Origin: a virus
Lineage: Duplodnaviria; Caudoviricetes
Virus record (IMG/VR): IMGVR_UViG_3300044448_000851
Span: 1-25,061 of that record
Reading direction: 5' to 3' (one strand)
DNA: 25,061 bases
The notes below the pieces were generated by a model. That model had not been told where the DNA came from and searched no databases. It saw only the letters and a list, made by a program, of their open reading frames with translations. Of this stretch, positions 24,088 to 25,061 are shown piece after piece (the stretch's first letter is position 1; every line of letters begins with the position of its first letter). Both the position numbers and the translations under genes were made by a program.

Positions 24088-24109
24088 GGTGTGCATTATA
24101 TCGCACACC
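24088..24109 (-). promoter_or_regulatory. Putative late promoter GATATAATGC inside a 7-bp inverted repeat
   Basis: The - strand reads GGTGTGC-GATATAAT-GCACACC-ATG, with a perfect TATAAT at 24100-24095. No -35 consensus is visible. Confidence 0.6.
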
Positions 24110-24111
24110 GG

Positions 24112-24576
24112 CTACCAGACTCGGAAAAATATGAGCGGCCAAACTGCATTGGACTGCGCGAAGTTGTCAAACCCGGACGGAGGCCAGACCGTGCCGCCCT
24201 GCGTGTACAGGTAGCAGTCGAGCAGCAGCGTCGGGTAGCTGTTGGGGTCTGGTGGCGCGTAGGCGGTCCAGGTCCACGGCGTGCGTGGCGTCAGCACTAG
24301 ATACGACGGCAGGCTGGTGCTGTAGGGGAAGAACTCAGCATGCACATCGAACTCGACCAGCAGCCCGTCGAGCCGACTGAGCACGGCCATCAGCCCACGA
24401 CTGTCTTGGTCAAACGTCAACTGCGTGTTGAAGTCTCCGTAGCTGGTGCTGCCGTAGACGGTGCCTACCATGTCCAGCTCGTATTGCGGAACTGGCAACA
24501 ATGGAGCCTCGACCACCACGCGCTTGGTGCAAGCAGCCAAGGCCAAGAAGCAGGCGAGCGGGTGTAGGTGTTTCAT
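24112..24576 (-). CDS. Lipoprotein of unknown function (154 aa)
   Basis: Signal peptide MKHLHPLACFLALAA-C with lipobox LAAC. ATGA overlap with the upstream gene. Confidence 0.7.
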   Translation of the reverse strand: MKHLHPLACFLALAACTKRVVVEAPLLPVPQYELDMVGTVYGSTSYGDFNTQLTFDQDSRGLMAVLSRLDGLLVEFDVHAEFFPYSTSLPSYLVLTPRTPWTWTAYAPPDPNSYPTLLLDCYLYTQGGTVWPPSGFDNFAQSNAVWPLIFFRVW

Positions 24577-25061
24577 CTGTGCATGAAGTCTAACAGCCCC
24601 CGAAGCTTGTGCGCGGCGTGCAGCGGCTGCTTCTGATACTCAAGCATGCCGAACGACCCGAACCGGCTAGGCTGGCCGGTCAGCCGATAAGCCATGAACA
24701 AGCCGCCCCCGTGGGCGTCCCAGCGCAGCAGGTCGTGGAAGTAGAGCGAGCGCATGGCCGGGTGACGGTTGGCGGCGACGAACAGGTCCGTCAGCGTCTG
24801 GTTGTTCTGGGCCGCGCCCACGCCGACTAGGTGCTGCCCGCCCTCGTAGGCTAGCAAGGCAAGGCCGCGCTGCTGGGCCTCGATAGCGTTCTGCGAGGTG
24901 CGGAGCTGGTGCTGCTGCTGGCTGTTTAGGTCGCAGGCATGCAGCAGGGTCCGCAGATCCATGGCTGCGGTGGTCGCCGCGTTGCTTGAGCTGCCCAAGC
25001 TGCCGCCCCAATACGGGGCCACGGCGTAGGCATCGGCGTGCTGGTAGGCGTTCTGCCAGTC
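24573..25061 (-). CDS. C-terminal part of a putative glycoside hydrolase-like (cellulose-binding-protein-like TIM barrel) protein, 5'-truncated
   Basis: The frame is open to the window edge (DWQNAYQHADAYAVAPYWG...). Motifs include A.APY.G, AYEGGQHLVG, ANR.P.M..LY, W...GG.LF and S.FGSFG.LEY. Confidence 0.75.
   Translation of the reverse strand, partial: DWQNAYQHADAYAVAPYWGGSLGSSSNAATTAAMDLRTLLHACDLNSQQQHQLRTSQNAIEAQQRGLALLAYEGGQHLVGVGAAQNNQTLTDLFVAANRHPAMRSLYFHDLLRWDAHGGGLFMAYRLTGQPSRFGSFGMLEYQKQPLHAAHKLRGLLDFMHR

Noticed and set aside
1-25061. Stop-codon reassignment, introns/inteins, DGR, integrase or CRISPR array
   Set aside because: Core genes are intact under code 11, with TAG, TGA and TAA all used as coupled stops. 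No RT, integrase, intein motifs or spaced direct repeats were seen.

Overview
This window is part of a GC-rich tailed phage (siphovirus-type Caudoviricetes) genome or prophage. Four small + strand genes (1-1361, including an HTH protein and a PD-(D/E)XK resolvase-like nuclease) converge on a tightly packed - strand late region. Read from right to left, that region encodes: a partial glycoside-hydrolase-like gene, a lipoprotein, a conserved phage protein, a DnaA-C-like HTH protein, a ParB-methyltransferase, TerS, TerL, a DUF4055-type portal, a small Zn-ribbon protein, a Mu gpF-like head protein, a scaffold, a P22-coat-like major capsid protein, neck genes, a tail tube, G/GT chaperones with a GGGAAAC -1 frameshift, a short tape measure, a GTA-like baseplate (DUF2460, DUF2163, NlpC/P60, large tail-tip protein), two candidate adhesins and a five-gene membrane/lipoprotein cassette with no recognisable endolysin. 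It ends at an intrinsic terminator. The most unusual signals are: (1) a ~200-nt structured capsid-gene leader with three C-AGC-G hairpins; (2) a GATAYAATGC promoter-like motif shared by two late start sites; (3) a Dit C-terminal domain resembling the N-terminus of the next gene, a gp38-like glycine-rich adhesin; (4) the endolysin-less lysis-like cassette; (5) two coupled micro-ORFs missing from the ORF track. All family assignments come from motif recognition by eye; no database search was run.
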